The notes beneath the pieces were generated by a model that ran no database searches, was not told the origin of the DNA, and saw only the letters and a list, made by a program, of their open reading frames with translations. A program made the position numbers and the translations under genes. Source: Mobula hypostoma (taxonomy: Eukaryota). Taken from it: a stretch of DNA of 64,000 bases. This document shows positions 50,350-63,492 of this stretch, piece by piece. Where the stretch lies: assembly GCF_963921235.1 (NCBI RefSeq), contig NC_086106.1:21266001-21330000 (forward strand), written 5' to 3'. The number at the start of each line of letters is the position of its first letter. Within the stretch, counting starts at the first letter, position 1.

Positions 50350-52795
50350 ATTAAGAATAGATTACCGAGTTGCTTTACGGAGTCTGCTCCGCCATTCAAT
50401 CATGGCTGATCCATTTATTTTTCTCCTCCTAAAGGCATTTCCCGGCCTTCTCCCGTAATCGTTGATGTTATGTCTAATCCAGAACCTATCCATATCTCTC
50501 TTAAATACACCCAACGACCTGGACACCACAGCTACATGTTGCAATAATTTGCACATATCACCACCCACTGGCAAAATAAATTTCTGCGCAGCTCTGTTCT
50601 TTTTTTGAATTGGCGCCCCTCTATCCTGAGGCTGTGACTTCTTATCCTTGTCTCGCCCCCCACCAATGGAAATATCCTTTCCACATCTACTTTGACAGGG
50701 ACATTCAACATTGGAAAGTTTTCAATGAGATCCCCTTCATCCTTCTAAATTCCGGACAGTACATACCCACAGCCATCAAAAAAAAAAAAAAACAAACAAC
50801 TTTCATTCCTGGAATCACTGTTGTGAACCTACTGGGGACCATCTCCAATACCAGCACATTTTTTTTCTAAAATGAGCAACCCAAAACAGTTCACAACACG
50901 CAAGATGAGAACTCACCAGAACCTCATAAATTCTCAGCATCATATACGTGCAATTCCATTCTGGACCTCTGAAATGAATGTCAACATTACAGTTGCCCTT
51001 CTCACCATCAAAACAACTTACAGCTTAACATTCATTAGGTTCTGAAGAAAGACTGCTATGTATTTCTGCATCTCAGAGTTTTGGATCTTCTCCCCGTTTA
51101 GAAAATACTAAATTTCCTATTCTAATTGCCACTTTCTTGCAGATTTTCCTCATCGGTCTGAGTCCTTCTGTTATCCAACTTGTTTCTGCCTCTGCACAAA
51201 ACCTGACCAAAAATGTAACTATTTCACCTTCAAAATCATTTAAATACGACATAAACAGAACTAGTCCCAACATCTACTCAAGCGGGGGGAAAACAAATAA
51301 AAAAAAAACACCAGTCACTGGCACTCAAACAGACAATAATCCATTATTCCCATTCGCCGCCTCCTTCCAATCAACTAATGCTCTAACCTTCCTGTAATAC
51401 AACAACCGCTTAACTTGGTAAGCAGCCGCATGTTGGCACCTTGTCAAAGGTCTTCTGAAACGTCCGCATATAAAACATTCACTGCATCCCCTTTATCTAT
51501 CTTACTTGTAATCCGCTCAATGAACTCCAACAGGTTTCACAGGCAAGATTGTCCCATAAGGGAACCATACTGACTTTGCACTATCTTCTCCGGTGTCACA
51601 AATTACTGCATCACCTCAGCCTGAACGATGACTCTAACATCTTGTCAAACACTAAGGTCAGGCTAACTTGTGTATCATTTATTTTTTCTACTTTTCTTCA
51701 CTCTTAAAAAGTAGATTGACTTTTGAAATTTTCCAGTTCTCTGGCACCATGCCAGAGTGCAATGATGTTTGACAGATCACTTCTAATGTCGCAGCAATCT
51801 GTAAAGCTACATCGTTCAGATAACTAGTGTGACTAATATACCTTTAGATCTTTCAGCTTTTTGAGAACTTTCCCTCATGTTATATTAACTGAACGATGTT
51901 CTCCTCATCCACACATTACAACATCTGACAAACTTCTCGTGTCTTCAACAGTAATGACTGATGTAAAATACTGCTATATTTTTATACCCCTTTGATATTT
52001 ATTTGCCTCATTTGATGCCGGTGCAATGTGTACTCTCATTTCTCTTTTATTTCTTATGTAATTAATTAAGCTTTTAAAATCCACTTTGATATAATCCGCT
52101 AGCTTGCTTTCATGTACCTTCTTTCTCCTTCTAATGATTCCTTTAGTTGCTCTCTGCAGCTTTTGAAACACTTTCCAATCCTCTATTTGTTTTTTTTTTC
52201 CCCCCACTATTTTTGCTTTTTGTATGCCTCTGTCTTATTTTTAGATGAGGTTTGACTTCACTTTCAGGCACGGTCGTGGAATATTAGCATTCGCGTAATT
52301 CATCATGTTTTGGAATACACATGTCGTTCCTCATTTTACCCAGAAACGCACGCAATTGTCGCTCTGCTGACATCCCTGCGAGTAGCTTCTTCTAGTTTAC
52401 TTTGACCAGCACCTCCTTTGTACCACAGTAATTTCTGTCGCTCCAGTAAAATAGTGCTACGCGAGAATTTATTTTCACCCTATCACATTTCAAGTTGAAG
52501 TCTATCACATTATGATAACTGGTTCCTCAGGGTTCTTTTATCTTCAGCTGCATAATTGCCCCCGTTCCTAACATAACAGCCAATCCTGTATAGCTGATTC
52601 TCTTGTAGGCTCAACGAAAAATTGCTCTAAAAAGCCATCTCTTAGGCATTCAACAAACTCATTCTTCAAATCGACCTGCATGTTAAAATCTCCCATGGCT
52701 ACTATAACATTACTCTTTTTGACGGTCCTTTTCTATTTCTAACTGTAAATTGTGGTCCATCTCCCAACTACTTTGGAATGTCAGTATTGAACTGA
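50350..52795 (-). mobile_element. Old CR1 LINE, third paralogous copy
   Basis: Colinear with 10225-12670. Confidence 0.75.
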
Positions 52796-52799
52796 GATC

Positions 52800-55063
52800 A
52801 GAGGCATACACTCAGTTTTGGTGCTGTTTAATTGTTGTCTTAGGCATGCCTGGGCATGCTTAGTCAGGTTAGATGCTATCAGACAGGCTATAACAGCTGC
52901 TCAGATTTATAGATGCTGTTTAGACGCATGTTGATGCTCTTCAGGCAATAACATAGTGAGTATACTCAATAATGGGGTATATGGGGTGTCAGGGAGGGGT
53001 AGCACCTCTGGTGGGGGAACATGTCGCGTCCTTTCCAGTGTGGTCAGTCCACCTTTGTCCCCACCTGGCACTAAACTCTCACCTGTGGCTCGCCGTAGCT
53101 GTTTGCATGCGACAGCGGTCACAACCCGGGCAACGGCTTCGACAAGCCGGCTAAACCAGGTGAGGGTAGCCGGCGGGTCTGAAACCCTCGGTGAGATAGG
53201 GAGTTGTCTATCCGAGCATGTGAAGACAGACTCCGGCGGATTGAGCGGGCGAGACCAATGGAAGATCTAACGGTCAAGAAGGCGGTCTTTGCAAGCGTCG
53301 TGAACGTGTAGAGCAGGACAAGACACAGAAGATGTCCTGGACATCCACTGCGCCTAGTCCCATCTCCAGCCGTCTAGACTCTGTCTTGCCACTGGACCCA
53401 GATGGGAATTGGGAAGGGAGAGTGAGGCTGATGCTGCGCAACTCTCCCTCACTTAAATCCAAATTCCGCGCTAATCTCTGAAACATCATTATGGTGTCGA
53501 GGTCCTCATCGAAGTCAACGATGGACGAACAACCAACCATACTTAATAATAGGACTTACTGTCTTCAGGAAGATTCAATAAAGCAGAAATATCTCGGCAA
53601 TGCCGCAACAGCTGCAATACAATCTGTTACATCTGTGGCGAGTATAAGCTTATGGCTCAAAGACGCATCATGACAGCACTTATTAAGAAAGTCTATATGC
53701 TCTAATTGGGATGTAAGGTTGTGACAGAAACAAAGCCTGGGCTCCTCATATTTGTTGTGCAACATGTGTAGTCAACCTGAGAGCTCGGCTCAGATGTACT
53801 CGGAAGTCAATGCCAATTGCAGTCCCAATGATATGGCGAGATACCGTGGCTGAAAGTTACTTCTGTCTGAGCAATGTATCTGGCTTCTTTAATAAAAATA
53901 ATAATAATTAAAAAAACTATTGAATACCCCAATCTGCCTTGAGCCATGAGACCAGAGTCAAATGATGACAGTTTGGCAGTACCGATGCCACCAGTGACAG
54001 GAAGCCCAGGTCAGACAGATGAAGATGTCACAATGCAAGAAGCAGATGTGGCAAACGACACTGATCCAGATGTTAAACCCTTTATGCCTGGTTATCCTCA
54101 TTGGTAACAGCACCAGAATTAAATGACCTGGTCTTGCACTTAGATTTGTCAAAAGCTAAAGCAAAACTATTTGATTCAAGGTTGCAAGGATGGAGCTTGC
54201 GGTCACCACATACAAGAAAAAAATATATATATCTCTCGAAACCATCAAGAACATTGACAAACTTCTTTACACAGGTTGAAAATATCGCATTGACATTGCT
54301 TACATTGACAAAGATATGTCTGCCTCCTCTTCATGTAAAACACGGACCGATGAAAAATTTTGTGAAAACAATGAACAAAGACGGTGATGAATTTCGCTAT
54401 TTGAGACAGACGTTTTGAAGAATAATTCATGCCCGGATTAAAACAGGCATTGTTATTGGTCCACAAATCAGACAGGTCATTAATAACAGCGAGTTCGAGG
54501 ATCTGCTCTTAGGGCCGGAGAAAGTAGCATGGAACGCATTTAAGGATGTTGTTGAGAATTTCCTTGGCAACTACAGAGCACCAAATTAGCTTGAGATCCT
54601 TGAGAACATGCTTAAAGCATACAAAACCACGAAGTGCAGCAGGTCATTGGAAATGCATTTCCTGCATTCACACTTGGACTTCTTGCCTGCTGATCTTTGT
54701 GCAGTCAGTGACGAACATGGTGAAAGCTTTCACCAGGACTTTGCAACCATGGAAAAGAGGTACCAGGGCAATTAGAATCCATTAATACTGGCGGACTACT
54801 GTTGGACAATGTCACGAGTGGCACCAGATACTGACTACAAAATCATCTGCAAAACATTTTATGCTCAGCTGAACTAACACAATGTGACAGTATTATTATG
54901 CAGTTAAACCTGATGAATTCAATAAAAGATTTTATGATTGTTCAAATTCTTACGTGATACAGCAAATTTGTAATTACTTTTGTGTTCAGCATGAATTTGT
55001 CAGTCATAATCTCTATCATTTTTTTTCAGTAAGCAAAACGTTAGAAAAAAATGTTCCCCAGTG
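52800..55063 (+). mobile_element. Chapaev3-like transposase relic, copy 3 (interrupted at 52977-53538)
   Basis: Colinear with 34050-35712; KNFVKTMNKDGDEFRYLRQTF; ends ...TTCCCCAGTG. Confidence 0.6.
52977..53538 (+). mobile_element. ~560-bp non-autonomous retroelement (RTE-like, tentative) with 15-bp TSD
   Basis: Flanked by ATACTCAATAATGGG (52962-52976) and ATACTTAATAATAGG (53539-53553); CAAC-repeat tail; single-copy empty site at ~12844-12858. Confidence 0.7.
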
Positions 55064-55153
55064 AACTATTACTGTGTAATCCACAACACTCAGGATTTTT
55101 GGTTTTTTTTTGGGGGGCGGGGGGCATCACGCTTCTTCTTGTCTATCTCTATG

Positions 55154-55366
55154 CTCTTCGCCGACTGATGGCACGTTGGTACAAAGCCGAGTCGCTTATT
55201 TGCAGTTTCGAGATTATGAACATGTAGATTATATTTTCCTGATCGAGAGAACCGAAGAGGTGTCCTTCGGCAGCATTTTCCTGATCCTGATCACCAGAGG
55301 TATGCCTCTGGAGCAGACATTTTGGGGGCTCTGCTTGGAGCTACCGGTACCAGTGTATCGTGTGTG
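55154..55366 (-). pseudogene. 5'-truncated supporting TCR-delta V pseudogene (remnant of a third A cassette)
   Basis: HTIHWYR*LQAEPPKCLLQRHTSGDQDQENAAEGHLFGSLDQENIIYMFIISKLQISDSALYQRAISRR: stop codon, second Cys>Arg, heptamer mutated to CATAGAG. Confidence 0.88.
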
Positions 55367-56199
55367 GCAGATGTTTTTAAGACATGATGTATATTCTCTC
55401 GAATGTCTTCCCTTTATTGCGTCATCATCTATTTAAGTTGCTTGCTGATATCACAGATAATTCCCTCTTTCATATTCATCAATTGCTTTTATTGTATCCT
55501 GCTATATTGTATTATATTCTACTCGCTCCATTGAACCTTTGTTTAAAATTTTGCACTTACCAGTCCAACGTTCATGGCTATATATCTAGCAAATTATGTA
55601 CTACGTGAATTTATTGCTTTAGCTGTAACGAGAAGGAGAATATAACTAGCGATTCGCTTACTGGCGTTCCCAGCGCTCGCCTCAGTTCTCTAACAAGGAT
55701 AAATTCCACGATTTTTGTCTAAATATCGTTTCTGCATTAGCTATGTGCGAAAGTGTTCTATATTTGACCATTGCTCAGTAATGCCCTATGGTATAACAAT
55801 AACAAATTTACATTCATTTTAAATTTCCTTACGAGGTATTTGAACAACGTCTCATATATATTTTTTTTACAATTTGCCTCCTGCTCGCAAGTTATTTCCT
55901 TCCATGTCAGACTCCCTTTCTCCCTGTCTTTTTGCAATGTTTGTAGCCGTCATAAATCATACACCCATTAATTTTGCCCTCTTGTCTATCGCTACTAATG
56001 GAACTTGCTTCGATTCGTTGGTTGGTAGCCTAGTGAGGGAGCAGAATCTATTCCGCATAAAAGGGTAGTTGACAGGAGATTAGGAAGGAGTTGTAAACCT
56101 ATTGTGGGCAATGGAATTGGCTGGAGTGCAGGTGCAGTATGGTGATGGGATAGATACAAATGTTTTAGCATTTGCAATCGGACTCTCCAATTATTGTTC

Positions 56200-56290
56200 T
56201 TGTTGTTATTATTATTATTATCGTCATCATCATCATCAATATTATTATTATTATTTTGTTGTTGTTGTTGTTTTTGTTGATGTTGTGGCT
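56200..56290 (+). repeat. Compound trinucleotide microsatellite (TAT/CAT/GTT)n
   Basis: tattattattattatcgtcatcatcatcatcaatattattattattattttgttgttgttgttg. Confidence 0.9.
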
Positions 56291-59200
56291 GTTATTGTTG
56301 TTCAAACTCGGAAGTCTCGGGACTATATATATATTTCTGATCCAGCTTCAGAATTAGTACACCAGAAAGTACATTGTAACAAATGATATATTACAGACAG
56401 GGCAATCCATAAATTTGTCTGCAAATAATAATAAATGATAAACAAGCAAGAACAAATTGTTTAATAGATATATCCAATCCAAACACACATAACTTTTCTA
56501 AACCATAAACAAAAGTACTACACATATTCTGAATGAAATGTGGAAATTGAAAGATTTTGCAACATGAAGAAGGTGTAAATTGGTGTCGATATAATAATAT
56601 TCACCCAACAATTTGAGTGGGACAACCTGCTATTGATGTCTCGCTTTCAGTAAATCTAATTACAAGTGTAGGAGAGAGGAGCGTGCCAAGTTTGATCATA
56701 AGGAGATGACGGTAGAGCAGCGATGTTTAAGCATGTAACAAGCAGAAGAAACAAAGGAGAGTCAGTGGCCTTCACGATGCAGCTGCACAGGGGAAGACCA
56801 TCCAGATGTGGCCCATCTGTATTACTGAAAATGTCCTAGCATTTGTAGAAGATTGTTAGCTTGCTAAAGGCGAATGTGGGGGTTATTTATGTTGGTGGTG
56901 TGGCTAGTGATGTTCAGCAAGGGTCGCAGTTGGGGTCTCTGCTTTTCAAATTTTTCATAAGTGAATCGATGGATTTTTGCCGAGGTTGCGTATGATGCAA
57001 ATACAGGAGAAGTATTGGGTACTGCTGAGGAAGCAGAGAGCACGGAGCATTTTCCGGTGGTAGGATAAGCTACGACAATGGGCACATAATTGGCAGATGC
57101 AACAAGCAGTAGGAAACTGTATAAAATGTAATTTGATCGCTGGAACAACTTCGTGAAAATATTCTACATTAGGAGTGAATTCGAAAAATGCAGGTGTATA
57201 CAAACTTGATAGTCCTACTTCGTGAATCATTTACGGTGAACTGGAGAATGGAGTCCGTACCAAAAAAAAAATAGAACAAAATATAAAAGCTGAGATATAC
57301 CGCCGTTTATTTACAAGAGGTAAATCGCACAACATTTGCAGTTTTGGAAAGTTGCGTGCTCAAAGTCCAAACGAAGGGTTTGTTAGTTAACAAGGGAGAA
57401 AAGTAGAGACTTATGAGAGTTACCCCGGGGCAGATATATTTATCGCAGGTGGAGAGTTTTATGTCTCTTCGGATTAGAGCAACGATACGAATCCCACTGT
57501 AACATAACCAGCAAAAAAATTACTGAGTGCAGTGGACGTGAGGATAATAGATCCAGCAGCGGGAAAGTGGAGCCTCAGAGGTACTCTCCCTCAAACAAAA
57601 CGGACCTGCCTTAGATTACAGTGGAAACTTTTTTTTTTTGCCAGATCGTATATGTGTGGGATTCCTTGCCACAGTCTGTTGGGGAGGGAATGCACGGTAA
57701 ATGTCAGGCAGAGGAAAATATCTTCTCAAGTCGTAAGTGTGTCAGAATTTGGACCGAGTTGCCAGAGGAATGCAGCTGAAATTTTATATTACATACAGTG
57801 CGATCCCGTGGCAGAACCAATATCGAAATGTCAATAAGCAACATTTTCTCGGATGCTCTTACGGCCAGATCCTGTGCATACCTCCAAAACACGATTTAAT
57901 ATACCATACCTTTCAGTAGTTCGATGGACAACCTCACACACTCGAGAAAAGGATAATAGATATAGTTGATAAATATTGAGGGCTGACAGGATTATCAAGT
58001 GAGTTCTGTTTAGAAATTTTGAACTTTTGGAGGTTTTTAATGTTCGAATTTATTACTTAATTGCGCTAAGTTCAATGGTTTCAATGTATTGTATAATAGT
58101 CAGGTCATACTTGTTGGCACTGTCGCGTAACCGCCTATGTGCCGTTCTGTAGGATTTTTGAGCTTAAGTCATTCACTAGCTGACGCATTTGTGGCAGGTT
58201 TGGTCCTCGGCAACATAGAAACTCAACCTCGCGGCGTTAATCGCGATGCTCACGAGGCATACGATCCACGGGAGATTGCAAGAGTGGATTTAGAATTCTC
58301 CTGTACTCGGAAGGCATAGCGTGGTATTAGTTGTAAGTTAATATGCCCACCTTTCAAGAATTACAGACGTGCCTTGAGTAACTGCTTCGAGACCCTCAGT
58401 GTCTGTGACATTAAAAATTGCTATGTGATTTTATGTAATGATTTTAATGTGAAAGTAGAGAAACGGAATAAAGAATACTGGTGTTGTGTACCGAGTAGAA
58501 ATATGTCACATGTTGCCATCTGATATAGAGAGGATGTAGAGTTGGGCAGACAAATGAAAAAATACATTTCAAATGGGGGGGGGGGGGGGAAAACAACAAC
58601 TAGTGTGAAATAACCAACATTAGAAGTTCGTACAGGATTATGAGGAGGATTCTCGAGGCGCAATGGTACAGATGGATACTCGGCATTCACGTCAATATGT
58701 TCCCCATTGCTGCTACGCAAGGGAATTTACGAAATAATATGGTGTACTGGATATTGAACTGGATATTGATTTTAAGAGCTGCGAGTAGATTCTATGCATA
58801 TCACAAAGATAAGGTGAGACAATTTCTCAGTACCTTACTATAGAGAGGGTGTCTAAGGTTTATGAGAGAGCTTGGAGGAATTGTCATGAGGCCTCAAATA
58901 TTAGAGAACGCCTTAAGCAGAAATTTAAAAGAAATATAGAGATTTTCATTTTGGAACAACGCTAGTTGACAGACAGCTTAATATAAATACGTACGACTAT
59001 GAAAGGCATAGCTTAGATTCTCCTCTGGGCGGTAATGCCAAGCACCAGACCCTTCCGTTTATGGTCAGTAGACGGAAATTTACCGCAGATGTCTGAAATA
59101 GTGTGATATTTCACAGAGAACAGCGGTTGACTGAAATTCATGCCGGAGATCGTAGAACCTTCATGATGATATTAAAAAAAAATATATATACTACTATGTA

Positions 59201-59981
59201 GACATATAATAGTGTCTTTGAATGAGGAAATGTTTGGATAGATAGTTTAGTGTAGTAAATTAGCTGGCAGAGCAAAGTCCGGCGTATGGTCCGCAGTGTG
59301 TTGTCCTGTTTGATATTCTCTGTTTTCTTTCCATGAGATGGAAACGGCATATAGTCCGTCGTTTTGTTCTTTCTTAACTCCAAAAGTGTTATCATCATTT
59401 TATGATGTTGCCCATGTGAAGTACATTTCATTTGTTGTAAGAATTTTATTTTCTTTAATTTTACTATATATTTTTTTGCAGGACTTGGGAAAACAATCTG
59501 GCAGCTTTTGCAAATTTGCGGTTGCTCATTAGCTTCTGACAACCAAAAGAAAAATAAAAGGCACGGCCATTTATATCGTGACTCAAAGGAAGTTCAGCAC
59601 CGAGCTTCCACAGCCGCGCAAATGCCCTGTCAATATACTTGAGAAATAAATGAAACAGTTAAATTCGTTTTCATAATTTCTGAGTAGCATCTTATTATAT
59701 AATTTTCCATGTGGTTTATGTCAAATTACACAGTTTAAAATGTGGAGAAGTATTGAGGTTCTGTAGTTACTAAATCCGCTCTATTCAACAATAATAGCAT
59801 CGCACATCATTTCAAACCCGGATTCCTATGTTCCCGGCAATACTTGCACAATGTTTTTTTTTAGGAAAACGAACGGAATTGTCTTGAATTCAAATAATAG
59901 ATCTACCCAGAAGATCCAAAAGAGACAGTTCATGGATCTATGATCTGGTCGAGAAGTAAAATAAGGGGAAGATTTTTTATT

Positions 59982-59997
59982 CACCAGGAATATAGGT
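59982..59997 (-). pseudogene. Supporting-V stub, cassette B4
   Basis: ttcatcag|ACCTATATTCCTGGTG. Confidence 0.55.
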
Positions 59998-60056
59998 CTG
60001 ATGAAATTTAAAAGACGCATCATAATTAATTGTCTATTGTTATTAATTGTCTATCG

Positions 60057-61038
60057 TATATATTAATGACTTCGATGAGGGAATTAAATGCAGCATCACC
60101 AAGTTTGCGGATGACACGAAGCTGGGTGGCAGTGTTAGCTGTGAGGAGGATGCTAAGAGGATGCAGGGTGACTAGGATAGGTTGGTCAATGGGCAAATTC
60201 ATGGCAGATGCAATTTAATGTGGATAAATGTGAAGTTATCCACTTTGGTGGCAAAAATAGGAAGACAGATTATTATCTGAATGGTGGATGATTAGGAAAA
60301 GCGGAGGTGCAACGAGACCTGGCTGTCATTATACACCAGTCATTGAAAGTGGGCATGCAGGTACAGCAGGCGGTGAAAAAAGCGAATTGTATGCTGGCAT
60401 TTATAGCGAGAGGATTCGAGTACAGGAGCAGGGAGGTACTACTGCAGTTGTACAAGGCCTTGGTGAGACCACACCTGGAGTATTGTGTGCAGTTTTGGTC
60501 CCCTAATCTGAGGAAAGACATCCTTGCCATAGAGAGAGTACAAAGAAGGTGTACCAGATTGATTCCTGGGATGGCATGACTTTCATATGAAGAAAGACTG
60601 GATGAACTGGGCTTGTACTCGTTGGAATTTAGAGGATTGAGGGGGTATCTGATTGAAACGTATAAGATCGTAAAGGGATTGGACAGGCTAGATGCAGGAA
60701 GATTGTTCCCGATGTACGGGAAGTCCAGAACGAGGGACCACAGTTTGAGGATAGAGGGGAAGCCTTTAAGGACCGAGATTAGGAAAAACTTCTTCACACA
60801 GAGAGTGGTGAATCTGTGGAATTCTCTGCCACAGGAAACAGTTGAGGCCAGTTCATTGGCTATATTTAAGAGGGAGTTACATATGGCTTGTGGCTACGGG
60901 GGTCAGGGGGTATGGAGGGAAGGCTGGGGCGGGGTTCTGAGTTGGAGGATCAGCCATGATCATAATAAATGGCGGTGCAGGCTCGAAGGGCCGAATGGCC
61001 TACTCTTGCACCTATTTTCTGTGTTTCTATGCATCTAT
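60057..61038 (+). mobile_element. 5'-truncated CR1 (RT C-terminus + 3' UTR), same subfamily as 4326-8530
   Basis: Near-identical to 7555-8530; inserted into ctatc|gttactggatcc, which is uninterrupted at ~3021-3037. Confidence 0.93.
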
Positions 61039-62202
61039 GTTACTGGATCCGCCACGAACAGGAACAAGTGAAAGTTTCGCAAAGTTTGGTTTCGTTGACA
61101 ATGTGTCCAAAATGCGTTCATTGCCCTTGGCAATTTTTTTCCAACGACTTGCCGAGGTGGAGAAATAATTGGCAGCTGGTGCAGCTGGAGAAATTTAATT
61201 CCTGCACGTAAATGCTGGAAAAGTTGAAAATTCACGGGAAATAATAACTAAAATATAAAACATTTAGAAACAATCTGCCAGCGCGACCACTCTGAGAGAT
61301 GGAGGATCTTCCTCTTCCCTTGTGTAAAACACATTGCTGTTTTGTTTTCTTTTTTCTGTGAAAGAAGGACGAATGGGAAAAAAGGTTTGAGCAATAAGAT
61401 TATTTATAACGATTGCTGCACTGTCTACAGATTGTTGATCTGTACTTTAGCGAAACAATATCCATGAGATGGGAGTGATTTTCCATGTGGAGAACAGCTA
61501 GCATTTTCGCTCTGTTGCTTGGGATTTCAGCATCTGTAGATGTTCTCATGCTGTGACAATTCAACCTCCGTATTACTCATAGCTCAATCAGTTTTCATGT
61601 GTGTGTGTTTTTCTTTTACCCCTGATGATGTTTCTTCTACTTTGGCTACATATGGTATATATGCTATCATCTTAAAATGTACTGTCAACGTCGCTTGTAT
61701 TGCAGTTTATATGTGGGTGTCAGGCTCATTCGCAACTGGGCGTCTCCACTGATTAATCACATCTAGAGGTTGTGCATGATAAATAGTGACTTTCTCAAGC
61801 TTTCAACATACAGTTTCCGTCGACCTGCAGAGTCACATAGCACAGAATATTTCTGAGAGGTTTCGTGAAACTTGATTACGCAATGTGATGATCCAAGATC
61901 AGCATTTCTTCCTCTGCCCCCATAACCATCTGCTGGCAACACAAATAATCGCTCTGCATCGGCGAATGCAGTCCTGCTTCTACTCTTGTAATGCATGGTT
62001 ACAGAGTTGCGCTGCCTTTACTTGAATTGTACACTTCCAAAGAAGAGCTCATGGCTGGCCATCCAAACGCGTTATTTTTTTCTTTCAATCTTATAGCTTC
62101 TATCTACGTAATCTCAAACAAGCTTGATATATTCAACAAAACTACCCTTGAACGCACTTCGATGAAACTGCATTTTTAAATTTCGTCAGTTCACTTATTT
62201 AC

Positions 62203-62257
62203 TGACTGTAACAGTGACCGTGGTCCCGGTTCCACCTCGATAGCTGGTGTAGTAATT
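62203..62257 (-). other. NAR-TCR J segment, cassette B4 (open frame)
   Basis: NYYTSYRGGTGTTVTVTV+A|gtaaat; RSS gatttgtgt-23-cacggtg (62258-62296). Confidence 0.82.
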
Positions 62258-62627
62258 CACCGTGATCCGACACTCAGTCTCACTGGTACACAAATCATCC
62301 TCAGCTCAGTCTTATCAGTAGCCGACATTGGACTGTGTACAACTATTGCAGACTTTTTCAAAAATGAACAACAGCATGCAGTGTTCCAGAAACCCCTGTG
62401 AAACTACCTGTGAAAAAGACAACAATAAGATGACCGTTTCATACATTCCGAATGTCAGTTTCCTAAACTTCATCAAATGTGAAAGAAAAAATCCTGAAAG
62501 GTGCAAAGTACAATGGAATTCACACGATCGCAGCGTTAAAATAATCCCACATATGATTCTATTTCCTGACTCCAGAATATATACTCATTCGGTGTTGAAA
62601 GTTTTTGTTCGATTATTCTTCTTTGTG

Positions 62628-62641
62628 CATATTCCCAAATC
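62628..62641 (-). other. NAR-TCR D segment, cassette B4 (12/12 RSS)
   Basis: agtttttgt-12-ctttgtg [catattcccaaatc] cacagtg-12-ttcaaatct. Confidence 0.8.
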
Positions 62642-63017
62642 CACAGTGTTTCATGTCAGGTTCAAATCTCTGAATGGACTGAGCTGGAGGTAACAGCTTC
62701 CCAACTACTATTCCTGCTTCCGTCCTGTTGGAGCAGGGTAACATCTGAAGTAACGGTTTGGGAAGGAGAAAACTCATTATCACTTGTTGTTCGCTATAAA
62801 CAGAATTGTGAAAGGCAGTTTTGTATATGCAAATTCAGAAGAGAAGAGAAAGAGTATGAACAGCAAACTTCATGTCCCATTGCAAAATATACTGTACGGA
62901 ACGCAGGGGAAATGCCTCGTTTAATTACGGACAGATTAACTCTGTTCCTTAAGCTGTTGATGGGATAAATGGCAGCGAGTATTTGAGCACAGCAGGAATC
63001 GCTTTCCAAGCTCTGTG

Positions 63018-63303
63018 CATATTCAGGTTTATATTCAAATTTACAGAAATAGGTGGCGCTGCCCTTAATTCCAAGATTAAAACATTTTAAGGATAATTAT
63101 GCTTTATTTTCCGTTTTAATAAATCTTCCTCCTGTGTAGATACGCTGCCCGTCCGTTCCTGGCTGCGACTGTTTGAAGAACTGTCCGTTTATAAATTAAT
63201 CGCTTGATGATTTTTTTACGGAACGTGCATTTGATGGTGAAAGACAAGCATTATATCTTCACCACCGCTGTCGGACTCTGGATGACTGATTGATCGAAGA
63301 AGA
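63018..63303 (-). pseudogene. NAR-TCR V pseudogene, cassette B4
   Basis: SVIQSPTAVVKI*CLSFTIKCTFR then frameshift; ends ATYFCKFEYKPE then CACAGAG RSS (62979-63017). Confidence 0.88.
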
Positions 63304-63449
63304 CTGGAAATTAAGAAATGCAGAAGGGAAGCGTCATCAGCTGTGAAATTCGCAGGACGACTAATACTATAACTTCAAGAAATACCTAATCTACCTGTTC
63401 AGTATTATAACTAACCCGCATACTGCAGAAATTTGCCTACGGTATTCAC

Positions 63450-63492
63450 GCCGAAAGCAGATGCAGAGAATGACATTCACGAGGATGTTCAT
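63450..63492 (-). pseudogene. Leader exon, cassette B4
   Basis: MNILVNVILCICFR+C|gtgaat. Confidence 0.78.

Noticed and set aside
14600-63017. RSS motifs as terminal inverted repeats of a RAG-like/Transib transposon
   Set aside because: Every RSS abuts a V, D or J coding end in normal antigen-receptor geometry, and no RAG/Transib ORF is present.
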